Below, piece after piece: positions 35,766-45,315 of a stretch of 64,000 nucleotides of DNA. The notes under the pieces are model-generated. The model searched no databases. It saw only the letters and a program-made list of their open reading frames with translations, and was not told the DNA's origin. The DNA comes from Acidobacteriota bacterium. GTDB lineage: Bacteria > Acidobacteriota > UBA6911. The stretch is taken from contig OY761556.1 of assembly GCA_963664705.1 (NCBI GenBank), positions 2,144,001-2,208,000 on the forward strand, in the 5' to 3' direction. The first letter of the stretch is position 1. Every line of letters starts with the position of its first letter. The translations under genes and the position numbers were made by a program.

Positions 35766-36779
35766 CTATTTCAGCTCTATGGATTGCCAGTTTTCGATTG
35801 TGCGCATTCCGCCATTCAGGTCAGGTTCAAGCACCTGAACCTGCCGTTTAGTCTCATTTGCGCCATTGGCTTGAAGGTTTTCGATAACTTTTTGCACCAA
35901 GCGGAGATTTTCATTAGCGGCAACGGGACTGCGCGTTTCTATCGTTTGAATTGTCTGCTGCCGACCATTTGTCAATGGGGTTTGAACAATCGTAAGCCGC
36001 CGGTTCAGTCTCAGTATGCCGCCATTGCCGGAAGCATAGGATTCAGATCTACGATTTATCCGTCCCGTTTCATCCTGCAATTCGAGAATTTTCAATTTCT
36101 GGGAAATCGAAACGCCATTGTTGACATCGGAACTGTATACATCCTCATCCGTTTGCGTTTCCTCTTTGTCCACGATGTTTCGGCTCACTCTTCTTTCGGC
36201 AAGATCCCACGTGCCGTTAGCACTTGGGATATAGCGGACTCGGTCAATGTCGATCGATTTTTCTCCGCTTCGCTTTTCAACCTGAGTGACTTGTTCCTTT
36301 TCCTCGAGAACACTATTGCTTCCGGACAAAGACACTGTTTTGGTTATGCGATAAATGTCAGCCCCCGTTTTTGCAATTTCCTGGGTTTCCTGGCGAATGA
36401 CACGCAGCCGCCCGTTGGCATCCGGTTGAGAAACGGTACGCACTGCCCGAACTCGGTCTCCGGGCAGCCGGTTGATCTCTTCCACCGTTGTTTCACTAAG
36501 CAATCGCGCTCCGTTTGCGGACCGGCTGAATGATTTGCGAATGATCCGCGTTGTTTGGGAGTTTACGCGGGTTTCATCTGTTTTGATTTCCACTGGCGGA
36601 CCGCTTTCGGTCTGAAGCGAAATCTGGCTGACGCGATGCGTGATATAGCTAACGCCTGCCGTCTCTCCGGTCGAAATAAGCCATTGAAACGGCTCGGCTT
36701 CCTCTGATTGTTTTTGAAAGCCGACTCCCTGGCTCGCAACAAGTAGCATTGAAAAGAAGAACAAAAGGCTATTCGTCAT
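35766..36779 (-). CDS. Exported beta-strand-rich hypothetical protein
   Basis: Signal peptide, then repeated hairpins with xNG turns (SANG, DANG, SANG, LTNG, DLNG). Confidence 0.7.
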   Translation of the reverse strand: MTNSLLFFFSMLLVASQGVGFQKQSEEAEPFQWLISTGETAGVSYITHRVSQISLQTESGPPVEIKTDETRVNSQTTRIIRKSFSRSANGARLLSETTVEEINRLPGDRVRAVRTVSQPDANGRLRVIRQETQEIAKTGADIYRITKTVSLSGSNSVLEEKEQVTQVEKRSGEKSIDIDRVRYIPSANGTWDLAERRVSRNIVDKEETQTDEDVYSSDVNNGVSISQKLKILELQDETGRINRRSESYASGNGGILRLNRRLTIVQTPLTNGRQQTIQTIETRSPVAANENLRLVQKVIENLQANGANETKRQVQVLEPDLNGGMRTIENWQSIELK

Positions 36780-36925
36780 ATGCCGGCACCTTTCATTAAG
36801 CAATCATTGATGAATCTTAGAATCAAGATCAATGGGATGTCAATCATGGCGACGATTACTAATGAGCACCTACAAGCATCTGCGAGCGTCGGATTCGGAG
36901 CCCAAATTCAGCTTGCACACAGGTA

Positions 36926-39025
36926 GTGAACAAAATACAGTGGAATACCCGTCTTGCAAGATTAGCATTGAGGAATTGTGTGAAGGCACTCTTTAGATGG
37001 AATCGAAACTCGCGTCTCCTCCTCATCCAGGCCTACCTGATTGTCATTCTTGTTTTTACATTCCTGCTCTTTGGTTTTAGCGTTGTCTCCTTCTATCGTG
37101 AACGGGAAAAAGTAAGCAGATCCAGTTTTGAGCTCAAAGCAAAACAGGTTGTCTGGGAATTGGAAAACGAGATACACCGTCATGCCGTTGCATGCCTCAG
37201 CAATACCGAGATTCAGCAACTGAGCGAATCGCTGGATCCCAATTCACTCGATCAATTGCGTCATTTGAGGAAACATCTCCAGACTCTCGAAAAAGCGCAC
37301 CCGGTGGCTCGTAGCTTTTTTCTGTTTGATGGGAAAAGCATTGTTTTCCCTCGCCAGAAGCTACCCCCTCGCCAAGGATTGCAAATGCTTTTGGCATCGA
37401 TACCGGAAGGCTTGCGACCCCGGTTTGCCGAAATCTGGCAGGAGGCAGAGGACCAGGAACGGCTTGGTTTTGCAAAAGCAGCTTCCCGCTTTTATGAACA
37501 CGCCGAACGGATGAATGTGAATCCCAGACTGAAAGCCCTTGCGGCATTTCGACAGGGAGAAGTTTTTAGGAAGGCAAACGATTATGAGGCTGCGGCAAAG
37601 GCCTATCAGCACCTCCTGAGCCTTTACGGCGACCAGTACGATCAAACTCAGACGCCCTATATTCTCTCCCTGGCCGTCGGCAGGAATGGCGCCTCTGGTT
37701 TGGTTCCCCAGGATCGACATTATTTGGAGGGAATTTACAGGGATTTGGCCAATGGTCGCTGGGAGCTAAGTTCCAAACAGGTGGAGCATTTCCTGACACT
37801 CCTTGAACAACGCTTGGACATCCCGATCGACAAACGCCGCGACTCTGATTTTCTCGAGAATTTTCGGTTCGCAAGGATTATGGAAAATCAGCTTTCACCC
37901 TCGGAGCTGAAAAATATCTCCGATGTTACCTCCCGATTTTTCGAATACGAGCAAAAGCCCTACCAGGTATACCTGACAGCCGTAGGCGGCGGAAATAGGC
38001 GCATTGTGTCAGGATTTTCGGTGTCAATTCCCTGGGTATCCAATTCACTTTGCGACCTGTTTGGCGATACCTCGAGGGGGGGAGAGAATCATCAGACTAT
38101 TTCCATTGTGCCAAAATCGCAAGTACCGGATGCGAACGACATCTGTATTCCTTTCTCAAAGGTTCTGCCTTCCTGGAAAGTGAACCTGGCCGGAGAACTG
38201 GCTCAATTGGGTGCCAGCAACGATCTCCCATTTATTGCTATATCCACTTTCATGTTTTTTTCCATCCTGTCAGTTGGCCTCTATCTTCTTCTCCGCGTCT
38301 CATGGGATATCCGCTGGCTCCACCTGCGGTCCGATTTTGTTAGCGGCGTCTCTCATGAGTTTAAAACTCCGCTGAGCTTGATTCGTTTGTATAGCGAAAC
38401 ACTTGCGGATAGTGATCAGGATTTTACACCCGAGGAAAGACGAGGCTATATCCAGATAATCACTAGAGAAAGTGAACGCATGAGTCGCCTGATAGAAAAT
38501 GTGCTCAGCTTCTCAAGGATGGAGCAGGGAAAACATAAAACTATCTCCATGCAAACCGGAGACATCGGCGAAACAGTGCAGCAAACCGTTGATGCCTATT
38601 CGGAATATTTGAAATGGAAGGGTTTTGAACTAAGCCTGTCTATCCCCTCAAGCTTGCCGCCGGTGCGCTTTAATGGCGAACAACTGTCGCAGGTCATTTT
38701 GAATCTGCTGGAAAATGCCACAAAATATTCTGGTTCGTCGAAACTAATAGGAGTAAATGTATTTGAACGCGAAAAGGAAGTTTTAATCGAAATTCGCGAT
38801 AATGGGCTGGGCATTCCTCCGGAAGAACATGAAAAAATATTCCAGCCATTTTACCGGGCACCTCAGGGAAGTGAAAAAGGAGGCTGCGGCCTCGGCCTTT
38901 ACCTGGTGGACCAGGTAATGAAGGGGCATGACGGCAGGATTGAGCTGGAAAGTGAAGTCGGGAAAGGTAGCGCCTTTCGCCTTGTCTTCAAGATTATGGA
39001 TGCTCGTCCTTATCGAAAAAAGTAA
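36926..39025 (+). CDS. Sensor histidine kinase with TPR-containing periplasmic region
   Basis: Two transmembrane helices; H-box SHEFKTPL, N-box NLLENATKY, DNGLGI, GLGL. Confidence 0.93.
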   Translation: MNKIQWNTRLARLALRNCVKALFRWNRNSRLLLIQAYLIVILVFTFLLFGFSVVSFYREREKVSRSSFELKAKQVVWELENEIHRHAVACLSNTEIQQLSESLDPNSLDQLRHLRKHLQTLEKAHPVARSFFLFDGKSIVFPRQKLPPRQGLQMLLASIPEGLRPRFAEIWQEAEDQERLGFAKAASRFYEHAERMNVNPRLKALAAFRQGEVFRKANDYEAAAKAYQHLLSLYGDQYDQTQTPYILSLAVGRNGASGLVPQDRHYLEGIYRDLANGRWELSSKQVEHFLTLLEQRLDIPIDKRRDSDFLENFRFARIMENQLSPSELKNISDVTSRFFEYEQKPYQVYLTAVGGGNRRIVSGFSVSIPWVSNSLCDLFGDTSRGGENHQTISIVPKSQVPDANDICIPFSKVLPSWKVNLAGELAQLGASNDLPFIAISTFMFFSILSVGLYLLLRVSWDIRWLHLRSDFVSGVSHEFKTPLSLIRLYSETLADSDQDFTPEERRGYIQIITRESERMSRLIENVLSFSRMEQGKHKTISMQTGDIGETVQQTVDAYSEYLKWKGFELSLSIPSSLPPVRFNGEQLSQVILNLLENATKYSGSSKLIGVNVFEREKEVLIEIRDNGLGIPPEEHEKIFQPFYRAPQGSEKGGCGLGLYLVDQVMKGHDGRIELESEVGKGSAFRLVFKIMDARPYRKK

Positions 39026-39064
39026 TCATGCTTGGGTTATTTGCACAAAAATCTGGATTTTATT

Positions 39065-39742
39065 ATGCACAAAATATTAGTGGTTGAAGATAATGCGGAT
39101 CTGGCCAATGGTCTGGAGCTTAATCTCAAGAAGGAAGGTTATCGGGTGTTCAAGGCCGGCACCGGGGAAGAGGGCCTGAAAATCGTGTTTCAGGAAAACC
39201 CCGATTTGCTGATTCTGGATGTTATGCTCCCGGGCATCAGCGGACTTGACGTGTGTCGCGAGCTGCGCGGTAAAGCGATGGGAATCCCGATCATAATGCT
39301 GACAGCCAAAGGAGATGAACTGGACCGTGTTCTCGGACTTGAACTTGGAGCCGACGATTACGTCACGAAGCCCTTTGGCTTGCGCGAACTTCTGGCGCGC
39401 GTGCGCGTGTGTCTCAGGCGTCAGCCGACAACCTCGGAAATTACGCGATATCGCTTTGGCGATGTTGAAATAGACTTTGAAAAGCACCGAACCACTGTGC
39501 AGAGCAAGCCCATAGAATTGACCCACAAAGAATACGAACTGATACGCTTCTTTGTCCGCAATCGAGATATCGTTTTGTCTCGAGATCGACTGCTGGACCA
39601 GGTTTGGGGGTATGATTCGTACCCAACGACCAGAACCGTCGACACGCATGTTTTGAAGCTGCGCAAAAAACTCGAGGAAGATCCTGCCCACCCCAAATAT
39701 ATTCTTTCGGTCTATGGTGGTGGATACAAATTTGTAGGATAG
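39065..39742 (+). CDS. OmpR/PhoB-family response regulator
   Basis: VVED, LDVMLP, GADDYVTKPF receiver domain; winged helix RTVDTHV..LRKK, GGGYKF. Confidence 0.95.
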   Translation: MHKILVVEDNADLANGLELNLKKEGYRVFKAGTGEEGLKIVFQENPDLLILDVMLPGISGLDVCRELRGKAMGIPIIMLTAKGDELDRVLGLELGADDYVTKPFGLRELLARVRVCLRRQPTTSEITRYRFGDVEIDFEKHRTTVQSKPIELTHKEYELIRFFVRNRDIVLSRDRLLDQVWGYDSYPTTRTVDTHVLKLRKKLEEDPAHPKYILSVYGGGYKFVG

Positions 39743-39785
39743 CATCCTGCGATATCCTGACGCCCGATGGTCCGCTTGGGTCCGG

Positions 39786-41336
39786 CTAGCGGCAAGCCGG
39801 CATGCCTTCAACTCGATCCGGATAAACTCGCTCAAACAGAGCGGACACGGAATCCTCGTATCTGCATTTCCAATATTTGGATTTGTAGGCTTTGCCAACC
39901 ATCTTCATTTCTTCCGAACCGCTCTTCCCTTTTGGCAGCAAGAGGTATTTGACCTTATATTTTTCCAGCATTTCCTCCCAATGGGAATCCGACATTACCT
40001 GCAAATAAAACCGGACAATGGACTCGTCAAATAAGTGCACGCGGCCATCAAAAAAGGATCGCTGCATCGGCCAGAGTCGCCAGATCAGATAATCGCCGAA
40101 AACCTGCGAATGATACATGTTGCCCTTTAGCTGATTCCTATCCATAAAGTCCATTGCCTTCACCGGAGTCCCGGGATCCAGGAGGCCCTCGGTGTGAAGC
40201 CATGGGCATTGAATGATGAGCGCAATCAGGCTACCCAGGAGAATTATTCGGTTCAATGGCAGGCTTTCTTTTCGCACACGAATACCCGATTCCAGATTGC
40301 GTTCTTTTCGAAAAAGGCTACGCCAATCATCCGACCGCGGCAAATATTTGGCGATGAGCGGTGCCGCAATAATCAGAAACCAGGCAGCATTTCTGATCGC
40401 CATCATTCCAAAAACAGCAAAAGCGCCAAACAGGACAAATTCGGTCAGTGAGGGCCGTTTTTTCGATGTAATAAGTAAAAAGGTCAGGAGGAAAAATGGA
40501 CCGAAGAACATTACAATTCCCGTGATCTGGTTGACCACAGGAGGTTGCCATTCGGTAACAAACTGTCGAACTGAGGAACTGTTCACAACCGTCAGAACAT
40601 GCGCATAAATCTTGTACCCTTCCGGATTGACGAGCGTTCCCGCAAGACTTAAGACCAGAATAATTCCCAGAGGGCGAAGACGGCGTGGAGGCAATAGGGG
40701 CCATCCATCGTCCAGTAAGAAACGGATGGCTTCGCACCCCAGAATGATGGCGATAAGGCCAAGGCCCAAAACAAACGCACCATGGATATTGACCCAAAGC
40801 ACAAACAGGAATGGCAAATACCAAATTCGACTTTGCTTTCCATCGGCACAGTAGGAAGAAACCATCCAATAGCAAAAGGCGAATAGCAAATAAGAAAAGA
40901 CCTGTGGGCGTATGGAACCCGGTATGCAAAAGGCAACCAGCGTCACGGGAAACACCGCGGCCACCAGACGATCAGATGATTTTCGACAAAGCCAATAAAT
41001 CGGGATAAGAACGCAGGCCATGATGATTCCATTGGCGAATAGCGCCAGGGGTGGCCCTCCGCATTTATATATTCCATACATGATGATCTCGGCCAACCAG
41101 TTCTGAAGGACATACAGCTTTCCTATCGCGGTAAAAGAGAAATCATCGATCCTTGGAATGGCCGATTTTTGAACAATGAGCTGCCCCATTTTCAAATGCC
41201 ACCAGAAATCTAAAAGAGGCAGGCGATCAACAAAGCTGCGATAAATAATGGTAAAAAAGGGGAGACCCATCCAGAGTTGATTCAGGCTTGGGGCAAAGGT
41301 ATTTTTTTTCAATTTGCCACTACCTTCCTTGAGCAA
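39786..41336 (-). CDS. Polytopic membrane protein, GT-C-like (DxWWHL family)
   Basis: DFWWHLKMG, RPQ, WVNIHG, VNP.G, EWQP, GDYLIW, DGR motifs; many transmembrane helices. Confidence 0.7.
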   Translation of the reverse strand: MLKEGSGKLKKNTFAPSLNQLWMGLPFFTIIYRSFVDRLPLLDFWWHLKMGQLIVQKSAIPRIDDFSFTAIGKLYVLQNWLAEIIMYGIYKCGGPPLALFANGIIMACVLIPIYWLCRKSSDRLVAAVFPVTLVAFCIPGSIRPQVFSYLLFAFCYWMVSSYCADGKQSRIWYLPFLFVLWVNIHGAFVLGLGLIAIILGCEAIRFLLDDGWPLLPPRRLRPLGIILVLSLAGTLVNPEGYKIYAHVLTVVNSSSVRQFVTEWQPPVVNQITGIVMFFGPFFLLTFLLITSKKRPSLTEFVLFGAFAVFGMMAIRNAAWFLIIAAPLIAKYLPRSDDWRSLFRKERNLESGIRVRKESLPLNRIILLGSLIALIIQCPWLHTEGLLDPGTPVKAMDFMDRNQLKGNMYHSQVFGDYLIWRLWPMQRSFFDGRVHLFDESIVRFYLQVMSDSHWEEMLEKYKVKYLLLPKGKSGSEEMKMVGKAYKSKYWKCRYEDSVSALFERVYPDRVEGMPACR

Positions 41337-41389
41337 AAGAGATTTCCTAATCTACCTTGGATTTTGCCGCATTTCAATTGAGCTGGTTT

Positions 41390-41415
41390 TTACATTTATT
41401 GACCGATTAGTGACA
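41390..41415 (+). promoter_or_regulatory. Triple direct-repeat box upstream of flp1 (OmpR/PhoB-like)
   Basis: TTACA(41390)-TGACC(41400)-TGACA(41411), spacing 10/11; mirrored upstream of flp2. Confidence 0.55.
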
Positions 41416-41517
41416 ATGTTGATTTTTATATGTTAATCTATTAGAATGAATTAACATATTAATACAAAGCTCTTTCCTCTCACCTCGTGTCACTTCTGGC
41501 TACCCAAGGAGGGCGAA

Positions 41518-41712
41518 ATGCTAGCGATCTGGTCACTATGGAATAAAATAAAAACAAATCTGTCTAAAGAAGAAGGCCAAACAGCCGTGGAATATACACT
41601 GTTGCTTGCCCTTGTGGCGTTGGCGATCATACTGGCCAATCCATCCCTTCGCAGCAGCGTCAGCACTATCTTCAGCAAAGTAAGTTCTGGATTAAGCAGC
41701 GCAGCAGAGTAA
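41518..41712 (+). CDS. flp: Flp/Tad pilin 1
   Basis: Leader ...KEEG|QTAVEY with E+5/Y+6 and a hydrophobic helix; RBS GGAGG. Confidence 0.93.
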   Translation: MLAIWSLWNKIKTNLSKEEGQTAVEYTLLLALVALAIILANPSLRSSVSTIFSKVSSGLSSAAE

Positions 41713-42011
41713 TAAAGTCGGCGTTGATGGTCTCCCTTTAGGCTAGGGTTCGGGGCGACATCCGGCAATAGATCATTGCATTTTCCTTTCGTCAGCATGG
41801 CTTGGCACCCGCCGCTTTTCCGCAGACAAAAGGGGAGACCTCAACCGCGATTGTTACAATCCTATCAGGTCTGCTGTTTCGAGGTATTGCACCAAGCAGG
41901 CCGCTTTCCAGCATTGGGTATCTTGGAGATTCGCTACACCCTAAAAGGCAGAGACTTGACCATACACAGCCAGGCTGCTTGATAGTTTTTTAGAATTAGA
42001 AACAAGCCTTT

Positions 42012-42037
42012 TTACATTTAATAACATTATTTTGACA
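42012..42037 (+). promoter_or_regulatory. Triple direct-repeat box upstream of flp2
   Basis: TTACA(42012)-TAACA(42022)-TGACA(42033), the same 10/11 spacing as at flp1. Confidence 0.55.
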
Positions 42038-42147
42038 TTTCACTGAAGTTCTTTGCCGATAATAGCTACGGGACACTTGAATGCTTCGCCCCCCTTAAGT
42101 GTCAGAACTGTGTAGTTTGTTGGATCCAACGTAAAAAGGAGAAAAAA

Positions 42148-42342
42148 ATGTTAGCACTTTGGTCCTTGTGGAACAAAATCAAGACAAACATCAGTAAAGA
42201 AGAAGGCCAGACGGCTGTAGAATACACCTTATTACTGGCCTTGGTGGCGCTGGCGATTATTTTGGCTAACCCATCCCTTCGCAGCAGCGTTAGCGTGATA
42301 TTCAGTAAGGTCAGTTCAGGATTGAGCAGCGCGTCAGCCTAA
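42148..42342 (+). CDS. flp: Flp/Tad pilin 2
   Basis: Same Flp motif; 5 amino-acid differences from pilin 1; RBS AAGGAG. Confidence 0.93.
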   Translation: MLALWSLWNKIKTNISKEEGQTAVEYTLLLALVALAIILANPSLRSSVSVIFSKVSSGLSSASA

Positions 42343-42379
42343 GGCGTGACAGGAAATCCAACAAGCTGCTTGAGTTTTC

Positions 42380-42412
42380 TACCCTGGAGCAATTAGAAAT
42401 TGCTCCAGGGTA
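42380..42412 (+). terminator. Strong hairpin after flp2 (terminator or mRNA stabiliser)
   Basis: Perfect 15-bp stem TACCCTGGAGCAATT-AGA-AATTGCTCCAGGGTA; no clear U-tract. Confidence 0.55.
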
Positions 42413-42578
42413 AGAATTCCTGATTGCCTTGTTGAAACTTGTCATGCAATGCGGTAGATAAAGATCTTCGATCCCTAAGGGGTGGGCTAATCCCAAGAAT
42501 GCCACGTTCCTAGTTTCTCAACCGTGCGGGAGAGGGAGGGATCATTTTTTCCAAAATATATCCCTCGGGAGTGCCGAC

Positions 42579-43562
42579 ATGAATAGAAGTAGAATGCTGA
42601 TGCTTGCAGTTGTCGCTCTCATACTCAGTGTAGGCATTTGGTATCTAGCCTATGGCCTCCTTAAGGCAAGGCTCAAGCCGGCTGAGGTCACTGTTAAACT
42701 TGTAGCTGCATCCAAGAAGCTGGAACTGGGCGCCAAGCTGACAAAAGATGATGTTCACCTGGTAGATTGGCCCAAGTCGACACCCGTTGAAGGAAGTTTC
42801 AGCGATCCGGCAAAGGTCATTGATCGTGCGCTCATGGGAGCGGTACAGGTTAATGAGCCAATACTGGAATCCAAACTTGCTCCCAAGGAAGCGGGGGCCG
42901 GGTTGACGGCGGTTATCCCGCCGGGAATGCGCGCTCTCTCCATCCAAGTCAATAGCGTCATCGGTGTCGCCGGTTTTGTCATGCCAGGGTCCAGGGTCGA
43001 TTTGATTTTGATTGGGGAACCTCCGAGCGAAGTAAAGGGAGCGAGAGAAAAGGAGGTTGCATCCAAGATAATTCTGGAGAACCTGGAGGTTCTGGCTGCC
43101 GGCCAGAACGTGCAAAGGGACGTTGAGGGAAAGCCCCAAACCGTCCAGGATGTGACGCTTCTGCTCACGCCGGAACAGGCGCAAAAGGTTGCTTTAGCCA
43201 CACAGGATGGCCGCATCCAGCTTGCTCTGCGCAACCCTATGGATAAGGATGCCGCCGAACCGCCCCTGATCATCAAGTCCGCTCTCTATACAGGACCAAC
43301 GATGGACGTGCCGGGATCCCCCCAAAAAAAGATTGTCCCGACAGAACAGCCGGTCGTTGCCAAAAAAAAGGCGACAGTTGCTCATAAAACTGTTGCAGCT
43401 TTGAAGAAAACTCCACCCGCAGCGGCGCCCATTATTCAAATGCCGCCGGGAGCCCGTATTATATCCGTTGAGATAATACAGGGATCGAAGCGTTCGACGC
43501 AGAATTTCGAGGAAAAAGAATCTGAAGAAAAACGCACACCTGATCCAACCGAACACAACTGA
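42579..43562 (+). CDS. cpaB: Flp pilus assembly protein CpaB/RcpC
   Basis: SAF domain, GMRALSI, GVAGFVMPGSRVD, VLAAGQ, VTLLLTPEQA, LALRNP. Confidence 0.93.
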   Translation: MNRSRMLMLAVVALILSVGIWYLAYGLLKARLKPAEVTVKLVAASKKLELGAKLTKDDVHLVDWPKSTPVEGSFSDPAKVIDRALMGAVQVNEPILESKLAPKEAGAGLTAVIPPGMRALSIQVNSVIGVAGFVMPGSRVDLILIGEPPSEVKGAREKEVASKIILENLEVLAAGQNVQRDVEGKPQTVQDVTLLLTPEQAQKVALATQDGRIQLALRNPMDKDAAEPPLIIKSALYTGPTMDVPGSPQKKIVPTEQPVVAKKKATVAHKTVAALKKTPPAAAPIIQMPPGARIISVEIIQGSKRSTQNFEEKESEEKRTPDPTEHN

Positions 43563-43580
43563 TAAACGGGACAGGACACC

Positions 43581-45002
43581 ATGATGAAGAACAGACTCAT
43601 GTCGATCTCAAAGCTGTTGATACTATGGTTAGGGGTTGGTTGTTTCGGCGCCCTGGCGGCTGCGGCCGCGCCATTTCAGAACCAATATCCTCAAGTGAAT
43701 GTTCCCTCACCGGGAACGCCGGAAACCCTGCGTGTTTTAGAAGGGAAGTCGATGGTTCTGAACACCGGAGCCCCGGTAAAGAGAGTCTCGGTTACCAATG
43801 ATCTGATTGTCACCGCCATGACGGTCACACCGAATCAGGTATTGATCCACGGCCTAAAGCCCGGCACCGTAAGCCTGATATTGTGGGATGAGCAGGAAAA
43901 TGTCAGAGCCTTTGATTTGCAGGTTCAGGCAATTCCCGTAAACGTTGACCCTTTGCGAAATACCCTGGGGCGAATGCTTCCGGGTCAGAAGATTACTGTG
44001 AGCCTGTCGGGCTCGTCGGTGATTCTCACGGGTACAGTGGAATCTGCGGCGCTTTCTGACCAGGCGACGGCACTGTCAAAGACCTTCTCCCCGAACGTTG
44101 TGAACCTTCTCTCCATTCCCACGCCTCCGCAAAATCAGGTTGTCATGTTGGAGGTGAAATTTGCCGAAGTACAGCGAAATGCAGCCAAGCAATTGGGCTT
44201 AAACATTGTGAGCACTGGAGCCTTAAACACGCCGGGAACCATTTCGACGCAACAATTTTCGCCCCCCTCGGCCAGCCAGCTTAACTCGGCTATCGGAGCG
44301 CCGGTTTCGGGATTTTCATCCCAATTTACTCTGAGTGATCTGCTCAATATCTTTGTCTTCCGCCCCGACCTGAATTTGGGCCTGATGATCAAGTCGCTGC
44401 AGCAACGCAATCTTCTGGAGACACTGGCGGAACCAAACCTTTTGGCTATGGCGGGCAAGGAAGCCTCTTTTCTGGCTGGGGGCGAATTTCCGGTCCCCAT
44501 AATCCAGGGAGCCACGGGGACCCCTACCGTCAGCGTTCAATTTAAAGAGTTTGGAGTTCGACTCAAGTTCGTGGCAAACCCAAACCTGGACGGTACAATC
44601 AGCCTGCACGTTGCCCCTGAGGTTAGCGCACTCGACTTTACCAATGCAGTGACACTCACCGGCTTTTTGATTCCCGCGCTTACAACGCGTCGGGCGGAGA
44701 CGGATGTGCTGCTGAAGGACGGACAGACATTTGCAATCGCGGGGCTGATGGATAACCGCGTACAGAAGATTGACAATAAAATTCCTTGGCTTGGTGATGT
44801 TCCCATATTGGGAAATCTCTTTAGAAGCACAAATTTCAGCAAGGCAAAGACGGAGTTACTGGTAATGGTGACTCCTCGAATTGTCAAGCCATTGGATCCG
44901 GGGCAGGCTCTCCCGATGCCGGTCTTCCCTGTTCCTTTCCTTGACGAACAAAAAAACACCCCCCCAAACAGGGATTCGGCTCTTCCCCGCTCGCCGGGGT
45001 AG
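43581..45002 (+). CDS. cpaC: Tad secretin CpaC/RcpA
   Basis: Signal peptide, BON-like region, VMLEVKFAEV, LAEPNL, FLAGGEFP, IPWLGDVPILGNLF, VTPRIV. Confidence 0.93.
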   Translation: MMKNRLMSISKLLILWLGVGCFGALAAAAAPFQNQYPQVNVPSPGTPETLRVLEGKSMVLNTGAPVKRVSVTNDLIVTAMTVTPNQVLIHGLKPGTVSLILWDEQENVRAFDLQVQAIPVNVDPLRNTLGRMLPGQKITVSLSGSSVILTGTVESAALSDQATALSKTFSPNVVNLLSIPTPPQNQVVMLEVKFAEVQRNAAKQLGLNIVSTGALNTPGTISTQQFSPPSASQLNSAIGAPVSGFSSQFTLSDLLNIFVFRPDLNLGLMIKSLQQRNLLETLAEPNLLAMAGKEASFLAGGEFPVPIIQGATGTPTVSVQFKEFGVRLKFVANPNLDGTISLHVAPEVSALDFTNAVTLTGFLIPALTTRRAETDVLLKDGQTFAIAGLMDNRVQKIDNKIPWLGDVPILGNLFRSTNFSKAKTELLVMVTPRIVKPLDPGQALPMPVFPVPFLDEQKNTPPNRDSALPRSPG

Positions 45003-45315
45003 GAAGTTGTGCGATGCATAAATATGTGCCTTTCGGCAGACTATGCAGCGTAGGTAGAAGCTGGTTGAACCTGACCTTCTACGTTTCCCCAACAGACGAA
45101 TCGGTTAACAAAGAACACTACCCATTTGCCGGGCGATATTTTATGATGGCAACACGGTTGACAGCCGTATTCCCCGGGCATCCGAAAGACACCTGTAAAG
45201 CGGAAATTTCCTCAAAGAAGGAGCTATGCAGATGTCTTGGTTTTGGTAACATAAGCCTGGGATCTATCCGATACAGCTAGAGAATGGCCGAAGATTCAAC
45301 CGAAAGGAAGTACCG

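Noticed and set aside
41740-41840. ykkC/guanidine or c-di-GMP riboswitch near the pilins
   Set aside because: CTAGGGTTC resembles the ykkC start, but the downstream conserved blocks are absent. No GEMM-type GGCAAA...GACGCAAAG pattern is visible.
45014-45280. Tad accessory gene between cpaC and cpaE
   Set aside because: The 88-aa ORF has no signal, transmembrane or lipobox features and no recognisable motif.
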